Below, piece by piece: positions 53,447 through 64,000 of a DNA stretch of 64,000 nt. Position 1 is the first letter of the stretch. Every line of letters begins with the position of its first letter. A program made the translations under genes and the position numbers. The notes under the pieces are model-generated. The model was not told the DNA's origin. It saw only the letters and a program-made list of their open reading frames with translations, and did not search any database. The DNA is from Camelus ferus (lineage: Eukaryota), in contig NC_045697.1 of NCBI RefSeq assembly GCF_009834535.1, positions 74,030,001 through 74,094,000 on the forward strand. The letters are read 5' to 3'.

Positions 53447-54249
53447 CTGCAATTTAAAAAAAAACAAAGAGAAAAAAATTTAATTTAATCTATCCTTTAT
53501 TTTTTCATTTATCTCCTGCATGGGACTGCTTTAGTCTTTGTCCCACAAAAAACGATTAGAGTCTGCATCACATGTCTGCCTATGCCTTTTAAATTTCTTC
53601 TAAAATATTAGAGAAGTTGGTTAAAACACAACAAAGTTTATGCCCAGTCACGTCACCTGACCACCATTGCAGTGTTAGAAGTTGCTACATTTCTGGAAAT
53701 ATCTTTCCCAAAGTCATGACAGAACTAGAATGGAGTCAGGAAACTTGTGTCAATTTCTATTTTCTAACTAAAATAGGAGTGAGAGCTGAATGTCTCGCTT
53801 TTCCAGTCTACAAAATCAGTGTGATAATTTCCGTCCTCACTCCACAGAAGGCTGTTGTGAAGATCAGTTACATAATTCAAATAAAAATACAGACAATTAT
53901 GAAGTAAAAGATTTTGAAAATTAAAAAAAACAATATTTAAATCCAAGTTATTATAGTCATAATTAAAATTAAGTCTATCGGTATAGGTGGTTATAAAGCT
54001 TACCAAGAATTTCGAAGTTTAGCGTGCATATCTAGTGCTCTCTGGTTCCCTACAGTACAAAAGGACCACTGCTTCTTCTTCTATTTCTGAACTTTGCAGA
54101 GTATTTAAAACAAAGGAGACTCTAGGCCATGGAGAGTAAAACTAACTTCCTACAGTAATGGCCTTATAAAGAGAAAGTACAGTTAAAGCTGACCTGCATG
54201 CCGTTTTGGTATCAGTAACTTAACAACTTAACAAAGCAATGGTTTAAAA

Positions 54250-54710
54250 GTCCCACTCCAAGCGTGGTCATGGACCAACGCTAGTTTGTAAGCTGGTTGT
54301 TACTGGTTCACTTAGAAACATTTATAGCAACTTGACGGAGCAATTTTTATGACTGTTGAACCTAATAATAAAAATTTGGTACCTGAATTACACTTCTCTA
54401 ATAATTCATTTTGACTGTAGTTTTAAAGTATCAGTTCACAACAGATTAGAAATGAACATACCAAAAAACTAGTCCTACACCACAGATCACTTGTGTGATT
54501 AAAGCGATTAAATATTCTTACTCTCAATTGTGCCACACATAAAAATCACCTGGAGTGCTTTAACTGATTAAAAAAGAGAAGAAAGATTTCTAGAGCCCCA
54601 CCTCCCACATATTTGAATTCAATGGTTCTGGGATGGAACAGGGCATTGCTTATTTTGAAAAGCTTTCCAGGCAATTTTAATATGCAGCCAGAGCTGAGAA
54701 CCTCTGGTTT
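54250..54710. mobile_element. hAT-Charlie-type MITE followed by a MER5-like element
   Basis: caagcgtggtcatggacc...ttagaaacatttatagcaacttgac; aatcacctggagtgcttt...atgcagccagagctgagaacctctg. Confidence 0.6.
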
Positions 54711-55669
54711 AAAGCACTGCTAAACAGTATCTGGGGCTTTCTTAATGAAACATGAATGCCATTAATTCAAAGAATGCCATTTACACAATTAAATAGACAT
54801 AGAAATAGAAATTGAGCCACAAAAGTAATGACGGTTTTTAAGTTCTTCTAGATAGGGCTGAAGTTTACCAATGACAAAACGGCAGCCTCATAATGAGACA
54901 GAGAACAAAGATGAGAAGGAATTCTCGACAATTGCTCCTTAGAAGTATGTCTCATACCTATCCTAGCAACCTTATACACAAGCCTGCTGTTATGTTTCAT
55001 TTCCTACGCTCTTTCATGAGCTACCCCAGCACCTGTTTAAATATGTCTGAAGTAGCTGTTAAAAAGAAAAACCTAAGTAAATGGCAGATGTTCACATAAT
55101 TTATTCATCCCGGAAAGTCTGGCTATAAGAGAACAAATGCATGCAGATGAATACTCAGAGGTGACAGAGAAGACGAAGCTAGTGACAATCCTTCTGCACA
55201 ACAACACCTACCAAACCTGCTCACGGAAACCTGAATTAGGCCAAAAGAACAATGGATCAGGTCTGAATTTTAAGCTGCAAACCACACTCTCCCTCATCAT
55301 TTGTTCCTGATCACTAAGAGTGCATTTCCAGCCTGCCTTTCTTCTCTCCGGCTACAGTGCATACGACCTGTAATTTTTCAAAGCTGATGTTAGTCTGGTT
55401 ATCCACAGATCAGTGTTAATTATAAACCATAACTGGCCTGCTGAAATTTATTAGAAAATCACAAAAATGCAAGGGGATGTGTTTCATTCAGAAAGTTGGG
55501 TATGGCTCAGGGACACTGATCTCCTCCTTCAGTTCTTTTCTTTCTCTATTTTTCCCTTCTATTTTTATTGCAGAAAAAAAAAAGATACGAAAAAGCAGTC
55601 AGTAGATTTTGTGTACTTGGGAAAAAATGAGAGAAAATCACCCTTCCAGCCTCTTTGTATCTCTTAAAA

Positions 55670-56600
55670 TATCAAATTTTGTATTTGACACTAAAACCAA
55701 AGGCAACAAAAGCTAAAATAAACAAGGGGAACTACATTAAACTAAAAGGCTTCTGCACAGCAAAAGAAACCATTAATAAAATGAAAAGACAACCTATGGA
55801 ATGGAAGACAATATATGCAAATCATATATCTGTTAAGGGAATAATATCCAAAATACATAAAAATCTCAACAGCAAAAATAAATTTTTTTTGGTTAAAAAA
55901 TGGGCATAGGACGTGAGTAGACACTTTTCCAAAGAAGACATACAACTGACCAGTACCACTAGTCATCAGGGAAATGCAAATCAAAACCATGATGAGATAT
56001 CAGCTCATGTCTATTAGAATGGTTACCATCAAAAAAGACAAGAAATAACAAGTATTGGTGAGAATGTGGAGAAAAGGGAATCCGTGTGCACTGGTTTGGG
56101 CGAATGTTGGTGGGAATGTAAATTGGTACAGCCACTATGACAAACAGTATGAAGGTGCCTCAGAAAATTAAAAACAGAGCTACTACGTGATCCAGTAATC
56201 CCACTTCGCGATATTCATCTGAAGGAAATACAAACAGGATATTGAGGAGACACCTGCACTCCCATGCCCGTTACAGCATTATTCACAATTGCCAAGACAT
56301 GACAGCAACCTAAGTGCCCGTCAACAAATGAATGAGTAAAGAAGATGTTGTATACATACAAAGGAATATTACTGAACCATGAGAAAGAAGGAAATCCTGC
56401 CATTTGCAATAGGATGGACGGAACTTTAGGACCTCATGTTCACTGACATAAGCCAGAGAAAGACAAATACTGCGTGGCATCACTTATATATGGAATCTTA
56501 AAAAAGAAAGAGAAAAAGGCGAAACTCACAGAAACAGAGTAGAAAAGTGGCTGTTGGGGGCTGGAGGACAGAGGAAATAGGACACAATTAAAAAAAAAAA
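55670..56600 (+). mobile_element. 5'-truncated L1 (L1MA-type), ORF2 end and 3' UTR
   Basis: KPKATKAKINKGNYIKLKGFCTAKETINKMKRQPMEW in ORF 55655..55909; A-tail at about 56590. Confidence 0.88.
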
Positions 56601-56780
56601 TCAGGTAGTCTCTGACATATAAACTACATTCTAAGAATTAAATTTTAAGCTGGCTGTATGGATTCAGAATACATTTTTCCCAGTAAACCAACTGCTTCCA
56701 GGTTAACACACAAAGTCACAAAGTCTCCATGAACCTATGAAGACCTGAGTTCCTGAATGTCTATTCACTCAACATCAGGG

Positions 56781-56960
56781 CAGTGGATCTCAAACTTCAG
56801 TGCATACAGAATGCTCTGAAACACTTGTTAAACATGTAAACTAACCAGTCCTCATCAAGCAGAGATTCTGATGTAATAGATATGGAATGGGCCAGGAATC
56901 TGAAATTTTAGCAAGTGCCCCAAGTGGATCCAATGTAGATGGCTTACAGACCATTCTGAC
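56781..56960. mobile_element. MER5A-like MITE
   Basis: cagtggatctcaaacttcagtgcatacagaat...gagattctgat...ggccaggaatctgaaattttagcaag. Confidence 0.7.
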
Positions 56961-57519
56961 AAACATTAGTTTACTAGGAAAATACAAGACGGATGGCAGG
57001 CAAAGGTGGCAGGAATTAAACAGCCCCTCAGCTATTGTTGGAAGTGGATTCAAAGGCTGGGGTCATAGTTTCAGCCGGACTAGAGACTAGATGACAAAAA
57101 GGATGGGAAGGGAAAAGAAGGCTAAAGAAGGTGGCAGGAAAAGCTGTCTGGCATCAGAAAGATAAAAAGGCGCTGACAGCAAGAGACGGGATGATAGACA
57201 TCAGTCAAATGTTTAGTCCTAAGCAAGAACTATGAAAGGTTTGACAGTCACATATTTAAAAGATATATTTAGAATGTTATTTGGTTTAGCATATAGTTGG
57301 TATAACTATTTTTTTCTTCTCCTCTACCCCTAAAAAACTTGTTCCTGGATCCTAAAACAGCCTCTGAAACCATCTTTTTCCTTTATAATAGAAAGATGAT
57401 AAACTGACCCATTTTCATACCTTTACTTTAGACCATCCACAATGGTAAATAATAACTTCCTACTAATATCTGGGTTCATCTCCTGATTCTCTATGGTTTT
57501 TCACTTATAAAATGAAATG

Positions 57520-57780
57520 GTAAAGAAGCAACTAGAATAGTCAGATTTACTAACAGAAAGTAGATAGCGGTTACCAGGGGCTGGGTAGAAGTGGGAATGG
57601 AGAGCTAGGGCTTGCTGGGTACAGAGTTTCAGTTGGGAAGATGAAAAAGTTCTGCAGATGGATGGTGGTGACATGTACAACATGTTAAAGTACTTAACGT
57701 CACTGAACTGTACATTTAAAAAGTGTGCAATAAATAAAACAGTAAATGTTACGTATATTTTACCACAAGGGAAAAAAAAA
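57520..57780 (+). mobile_element. L1MB-like 3' end
   Basis: gggtacagagtttcagttgggaagatgaaaaagttctgcagatggatggtggtga...tattttaccacaa. Confidence 0.8.
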
Positions 57781-57962
57781 GTGAAATGGTAATATCATCC
57801 CCAGCTGCCCTAAAGAGATACTACAGAAGAAGAAAAACATCAGAATATACATGAAAGTTTTGCAGGGAGAATAATTCAGAAGCACTTTACAAATGCAAAC
57901 TATCATCAAGGTCTTTAAAGACAACAGAAGTGATACACACATATAAAAACCTTTAGATATAC

Positions 57963-58007
57963 CTCATAGTCATCATTTCGTGCCCTCTTTGTAGGAATGC
58001 CATTTGC
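57963..58007 (-). CDS. PPA2: PPA2 exon 3: ANGIPTKRARNDDYE
   Basis: Acceptor ttttatag, donor GAG|gtatat, 45 nt; resembles human ENGIPMKKARNDEYE. Confidence 0.92.
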
Positions 58008-58719
58008 CTATAAAAGAAAAGATGGTATTTATGATTGTAATATTTCATGAAAGAATACAGCTGCACTGACTGAAAAGCAATGAAAATATGCCTATTGTGT
58101 AAACATTCTACTACAGAGGCTTCCAGAAACCTGATTCAACAGAGAATCCACCAAATGTCCAGTGCGTTTTCCTCTCGGCAATTACATCCCCAGTGCCTGA
58201 GCATCCAAGTGTTCCATTAAGCAAATTATCAGAAAAGCTAAATCTCTTTCAAGTATATTTTCCTAGTTTTTATAAAATAAGCAAAGGCTCTGTTCAGTCT
58301 TTATGGAAAAGACTGGCAGTTTCCAGTGATTATGCTTAAAACAGTCATTTCATTATTGAAATGAAACTCCAGGGAGCGTGACTAACAAGCCATGAAAGTA
58401 CCCGACTGCACCTCCTGCCTGTGAATTCCACCAAGGTGTGATTACTATGCCGCCATCAAGCACTTTTAAATTAAAACAGAATACGTGGTGGGCTGAGAAG
58501 AAAAATTATGCCATTTACAAATGTTCACACATTATACGTAACTTTTCCACACCAAAAGGACGGAAACAAAACAAATAGAAAAGCAATTATTCCAAGTCAG
58601 TCCTGAAACATGGAATCTATTCCTAAAATCCCACATCCTAAAGTAGAAGGTGCAACAGTTCTAATCATTATGACTGGGAACTATTTACACAACCACTGTG
58701 TGTACCAACCTCCACGTGC

Positions 58720-59195
58720 CCAGAATTCACTGGACTGCCTGTTACATTTTGTCCTGCCCTAGCCTCAACTTTGCCTAATCCTAAGTCTCATGTTCCCCAA
58801 AACTGGTCCTCCTTAGGCAGAATATCATGCTCACTGGGATGATTCTAGACCACTCTTCACCCTACCTCCACCCCTGCCCACTACGTGATTCCCTCAAGTA
58901 TTATTGTTACTGTTGTTGTCGGGTACACAGATTTTGTCATGGTACAGCCCCATGGGAGGCAGCACCCACCAGTCCCTTCTACCTTCATCACTCTGTTCTA
59001 GTTTTCCAGCATTTAACATGATGACTGACTGACTTATTTTGGGGTGTCGTTAGTCTCATCTGGCTGAGCGGGAACTGTATCTACCTTACTCACCACTGAA
59101 CTTCAGTGCTTGGAATACTGTATGGCTCACAATAAGTATGCAATCAATGGTTGTTTACTGAATGAATAAATTAATGAACAAATGAATGGATGAAT
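58720..59195 (+). mobile_element. L2 3' end
   Basis: Ends in (GAAT)-like tail ctgaatgaataaattaatgaacaaatgaatggatgaatg. Confidence 0.6.
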
Positions 59196-60985
59196 GCGTA
59201 TGCTTTTAGCCAAAAATAGAGGTGTTGGGAGACGTGAGATATTTAGGTTGGATCACTGGCCAAAACAAAACACACGGACATGGACACACACACACACACT
59301 CACAGAGACACACACAGCAGTGTGGAGTTCTTTCTGCCCTCTCACTGGGTTCCTCTCTCTCTCCAGACAATGTGACTCCTTGTCCTGTAGCTGAACACCC
59401 ACTGAAAGTAATGAGCTACAAGGATTACACAAGGGCAGTTAAGACACAGGCCCCTGCTGCTGAGCATCCTTTTTCTCAGCTCTTTCTGGGAGAATTATTT
59501 CTAGAAAGTTCTTCTAGTGTTATAGGAAATAATTACTTGTAAATATGTTTGTAAATAATAGTTTAGAATAAAATTTCTTTACTTTTGCTTTTTTATTTCA
59601 ACCTGTATCAAGTCACCCATTATCTTTTGTCTTCTTGACCTCAAACCTTTAAAATGTCCTTTAAAATGAAGCCTGAAGAAATGTTGAAAAAAGAAAAAAG
59701 ACACAGGCTATGGAGTATAGAGCATCTAAGTTCAAATCTCACCCTCACAATAACTAGATTTGTGACCAAGGGCAAGGCACTTAACCTCATTAACGAAAAA
59801 CAGGGTGACACCAGTAGCCCTGGACACACTGACACAGTGCCAGCCAAGCGCTGAGCGCCCTACTGGGCTCAGCACTGGCAGCACTCAGGAAGTCTTCGCT
59901 ATTCTCCTCCCCATCGCCATGACTATGGACAGTCCGGCCTCTGCAGGGCTGGAGGGCAGCATAAATCCCACTGTGGCGGTCCACAACCTTAGGATGTCAC
60001 CCGGTATTTGGCCCTGGAGGTATCATCAAAAAGGTCACAACACCTTTGCATCTGAAGCAGTTTCCCACTTCTTCACTGGGCTCTGCCCCTACCTGATCCC
60101 CCTACTGTGTAATCTCAACCTGAATGCAGGCCTGGTTATTTACTTAACAGTCGTGCCCCTTAATAAATCTGGTACTGAAATACACCAATTAGCTGCTTGG
60201 ATTTTAAAGGAAGAGCTCCCAACTTGGCGGTGATTACTAACATCCACTGTCAGCTCTGCCATCTCGCCAACCGGGCAGGGGAGCCCTCCAAACGCTCTCA
60301 CAACTGAGCCCAGCTCTGCTTCAGCAGCAGAGCTCCCACTCCTACCCAACCTCCCGTCCTTCCACCCACACACCTTCAAATACTCTTCAGTTCTAAAAGA
60401 ATAGCCGGCCACAGACTACCATTCTTCCAGCTTTACTCTTCTAGCACCTTTTGCACACAGTGGTTAAACAGCATGAGTTCCCTTGTCAGAAATGCTGGTT
60501 AAAACCTGGTCCTGTCATTTACCAGCCGTCTGACCTCAGACACGTCAATAACATGCCTCAGCTCCAGTGTCCTTGGAGATAATAACAGCAGCTCATGAGG
60601 ACTAAGTAACATGGCACATGTTCACATGGTGGCTAGCCAACAGAAAATAATCCACAAATGTTAGCTATCTTACTACTACTAATATTATTATTATTGTTAA
60701 AAATAACCCTCTTGTTAACCTAAATTCTTAACCTTAAATCTTTATTTCCTACCAAATCTAAGCTTTGTGGACTGCTAACACCTCTTTCTCCTAAAGTCCT
60801 CCTGGAAGAATCCTACTCTTACACAAAGTCTGATTCAGGAATGAGGGTTACAATCCTGTTGTTAAAGCTCCATTGCCCTTCTTGACTTCTGACCACTTTC
60901 CTTCCTTTCGAGATGCTTGCAAAGAGCATTTGATGGTGATTCTAGAAGTATATATTTTCCTGCCCAAAACAAGTTAAAACAATAC

Positions 60986-61050
60986 CTCTTTAGAGTCCAC
61001 CTTCAGAGGAATATCATGAAAGGGGGAAATGTAGTGACCAGCTACATTCT
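60986..61050 (-). CDS. PPA2: PPA2 exon 2: (K)[21 protein letters not shown]
   Basis: Acceptor ttttgcag, donor GAG|gtattg, 65 nt; ISPFHDIPL motif of family I PPases. Confidence 0.95.
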
Positions 61051-61247
61051 CTGCAAAAGAAAACAAACAAAAACAAAAAAACAGGATTAAAGCAATGGAC
61101 TATCTTGTTCTTTAAAGCAACTATACTCTTATCCACTTTCAAATTTTAAGTTTTTAATGCTTTTTTTCCAAAATTAACTTTAACTCCCAATTTAAAATTT
61201 AATTCAACTTTTAAAACTTGCTCCAATCTGATGGTCAAAGAGAAAAA

Positions 61248-61726
61248 CAGGAGTCCCCTGCCTTATCCACAGGGATGCATTCTAAGACCTTAGTGGATGC
61301 AAAACTGTGGATAGTACCAAACCCTACATATGATACATTTTTTTCCTACATATACATACCTATGATCAAGTTTAATTTATAAATTAGGCACAGTAAGAGA
61401 CTGTCTGAATTTCCAGCATCACTACTCCTGAGCTTTGGAGCCTTTATTAAGTAAAATAAGGGTGACCTGAACACAAGCTCTGTGATGCCTGGGCAGTCAG
61501 TTTTATAACCAAGGTGTCTGCTAAGGCTGACATAGGGATGATTCATACCCAGGACCAGGACAAAACAGGACAGCATCAAATTTCATCATAGCTGCTCAGA
61601 ATGGTGTGGCCCGCAATTGAAAACTTATGAAATATTTACTTCTGGAATTTTCCACTTAACATTTTCAGACCATAGTTGCCCACTAAAACTGTGGACAGCA
61701 CAACTGCAGCTAAGGGGGACTACTGT
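61248..61726 (-). mobile_element. MER44 (Tigger7-derived) MITE
   Basis: Ends caggagtcccctgccttatccac and taagggggactactgta; internal ttctggaattttccacttaacattttcagacc. Confidence 0.82.
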
Positions 61727-62238
61727 ACACACCAAATCAACCGTATTTGGGTTGCTGAAGCCATTTGCCTCTCCTTGTGGCTTAAAACATCCAAAGCAGA
61801 AAATGTCCAAATTAGACTAAAGCCTCAAATATGAAAAAATCTAACTTTTAAAAAGAGATTCATTAATAAGTGAACTGTATTGAAACTGATGTCAGTTTCC
61901 CTAAGGGAAACATAACAACAGAATTCCCAATTGCCATCTACAAGCCACATGAACAGAGGTTTAAAGGTCCTACCAAGAAACATAATTTGTTCCACTCAAA
62001 GTGATAAGAATGCTAGTATTAAGGTAAGCTTGAAACACAAACATTTCAATAATAGAAATTATTTTATTCTCATTGCATACTGAAATGTATATTTTAAATA
62101 CCTTTAAAAGTACATATTATTTGAATAAAACACAATAACCCAATAAGCACTTTTAGTGGAAAGCATCTGCTTTCGAAAGCTAGGCTTAAGTCAGCCACAG
62201 AAAATTCACGTCGTAATTTTCTAAGTCAGGGTATGTTT

Positions 62239-62274
62239 TACTTCTCGCTTTCTACTTCTCGCTTTCTACTTCTC
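62239..62274. repeat. Tandem duplication (TACTTCTCGCTTTC)x2.6
   Basis: Directly visible. Confidence 0.9.
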
Positions 62275-62289
62275 TGGCCTAATTTTTAA

Positions 62290-63895
62290 ATTTAGACTTT
62301 AAAATGTTTTAATAAATATGATGAAGACTGACTGATACTCCAATAGCAAAGAGTACACTTAGTACCCAAATCTTGGTTTTTAAATACCAATTCTCCAACA
62401 AAAAGAACTAGGGCTTCCTGAAGAAGTGCCTGATCCTAAGGGGTGAAGAACATACAAGATGACCCGGGAACATCTTGTAGTACCAGAAACCAACCAAGCA
62501 CTCAAAAAACAAAAGGTTGGAGGTACGTCAAAGGGAAATGGAGCCAACACGAAAGAGTTCCCAAAGGCCAAGGCTGGAACAAGTTGAGCAACAAGATAAA
62601 TGGACTATGGACATACATTGGTGGTAGTGTGAGATTGGTTCCAGACTACTGCAATAAAGCAAATATCGCAATAAAGCAAGTCACACAGATTTTTTGGTTC
62701 CCCAGCACATATAAAAATTATGTTTACACTATACTGTAGTCTATTAAGTGTGCAATAATATTATGTCTAAAAAAGGTACATATCTTAATTTAAAAATACT
62801 TTATGCTAGAAAGTACTATCATCTGAGCCTTCAGTGAGTTGTAACAGTGACAACAAAGACCACTGATCACAGATTATCATGACAAATATTATGATGAAAA
62901 GTCTGAAATCTCAAAATGTGACACAGAGACAAAGTGAGCAAATGCTGTTGGAAAATTGTCACTGATAGACTTGCTCAACACAGGGTTGCCACAAACCTTC
63001 TGTTTGTAAAAAATGCAGTCTCTTCAAAGTACAATAAAGCAAAGTGCAATAAAATGCAGTACGCCTATATTGAACTATAGCCCAAAGTATACAATAAATA
63101 CACGAGTCCACAGTAATACAAATAAGTGATTGTATAAATAAATAAATGAGGGGAAAGAGACAAATGTTTCTTTCAGAAAAGTTCTAAACAATATACGTAG
63201 ATGTTCTCCCCTCCAAGAAATGAAGCTTACCCCGACCCCCCTGAATGTGGGTGGACTGGATTTAGCGACTTGCTTCCAAAGAATAGACTATGGAAAGGGA
63301 AAAACATTTCCATGGAGAAACCTGACAAGCAATACTCTTAACTAAGTGATCAAGGTTAGCATCACCCGTGATAAGTCATGTTCACAGCAGGTACTTCCTG
63401 ATATGCTGTGATGACAAGGGTACTTCACTTCTGTCATATTCTTCCCCCAAACCCATAGCCCCTGTCTCATCATGAGAAAAATATTAGACACACCCAAGTT
63501 CGTGTGACATTCTACAAAACACTTAACCAATCCTGTTCAAGTTTCAGGGTCATCAAAAAAAAAAAAATAAGAAAAGACTGAGAAGTTGTCAGATGGGAGG
63601 AGACCAAGGAAATAAGATTAAACGCAATGTGGTACCCTGAATTGGATCCCAGGACAGGGGAAAAAAAACCAAAAAAACCCAAAAGCCTTAATGGAAGAAC
63701 CAGTAACACTCAAATAAAATGTGGAGTTCAGCTAATAGTGTGTACCAATGTTGATTTCTTAGCCTTGACAAATGTACACTTGTACATTTGGTAATGAAGA
63801 TGTTAACATTAGAAAAAAGTGGTAAGATATATTGGAATTATGTACTACCTTTGTAACCTTGCCAAATCTAAAATTATTCCAAAATAAAGTTTGTG
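62290..63895 (+). mobile_element. L1MC-type 3' region interrupted by a Tigger1 derivative
   Basis: gaattggatcccaggacag...gtaccaatgttgatttcttag...aaatctaaaattattccaaaataaa. Confidence 0.75.
62608..63068 (+). mobile_element. Internally deleted Tigger1 (Tigger1a-like)
   Basis: ttggttccagactactgcaataaagcaaatatcgcaataaagcaagtcacac...caataaagcaaagtgcaataaaatgcagtacgcct. Confidence 0.85.
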
Positions 63896-64000
63896 TAAAC
63901 AAAAACAAGCCATGGCTTCAGTCCAATAAAATCAGAAGTATATAACTTAACAATGGCCTCCATTCCACTAAAATTTTATTTCCTCTTCTCAAGCTGTGTG

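Larger units (their letters stand above)
10119..61050 (-). other. PPA2: PPA2 gene body, partial: nine coding exons equivalent to human exons 2-10; gene extends beyond both window edges
   Basis: Nine GT-AG-flanked exons of 65/45/54/120/87/127/128/86/70 nt splice in compatible phases into a continuous family I pyrophosphatase sequence matching recalled human PPA2. Confidence 0.97.

Noticed and set aside
59801..60004. Apparent TIR pair CAGGGTGACA...TGTCACCCGG and overlapping 142-aa ORF
   Set aside because: The left arm falls within MIR-derived sequence, there is no TSD, and the ORF has no recognisable homology.
1..64000. A novel multi-gene or prokaryote-type system
   Set aside because: All recognisable coding signal is explained by PPA2 exons and L1 ORF2; the rest is intronic and transposon-derived sequence.

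Overview
Mammalian genomic DNA: AT-rich, CpG-depleted and dominated by transposable elements. It is most likely camelid, judging from three tRNA-Ala-derived Vic-1-like SINEs. The whole window lies inside PPA2 (mitochondrial inorganic pyrophosphatase) on the minus strand. Nine GT-AG-bounded coding exons, equivalent to human exons 2-10 (782 nt total), join into one uninterrupted frame with the family I PPase DxDPxD motif intact. Exon 1 lies beyond the right edge, and I did not find exons 11-12, which presumably lie beyond the left edge. The introns contain L1s of several ages, L2, MIR, MLT LTRs, hAT and Tigger MITEs, and a full-length U1 snRNA retrocopy. I found no new multi-gene biological system. 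The most notable observations are: a young L1 with an apparent 19-nt 3' transduction; a 72-bp insertion consisting only of an L1 5' start between target-site duplications (TSDs); a U1 retrocopy in sense orientation within the PPA2 intron; and a palindrome- and TAAT-rich candidate conserved enhancer at about 32.2-32.45 kb. Repeat family names come from recalled consensus sequences, not from a search, and boundaries of the older repeats are approximate.
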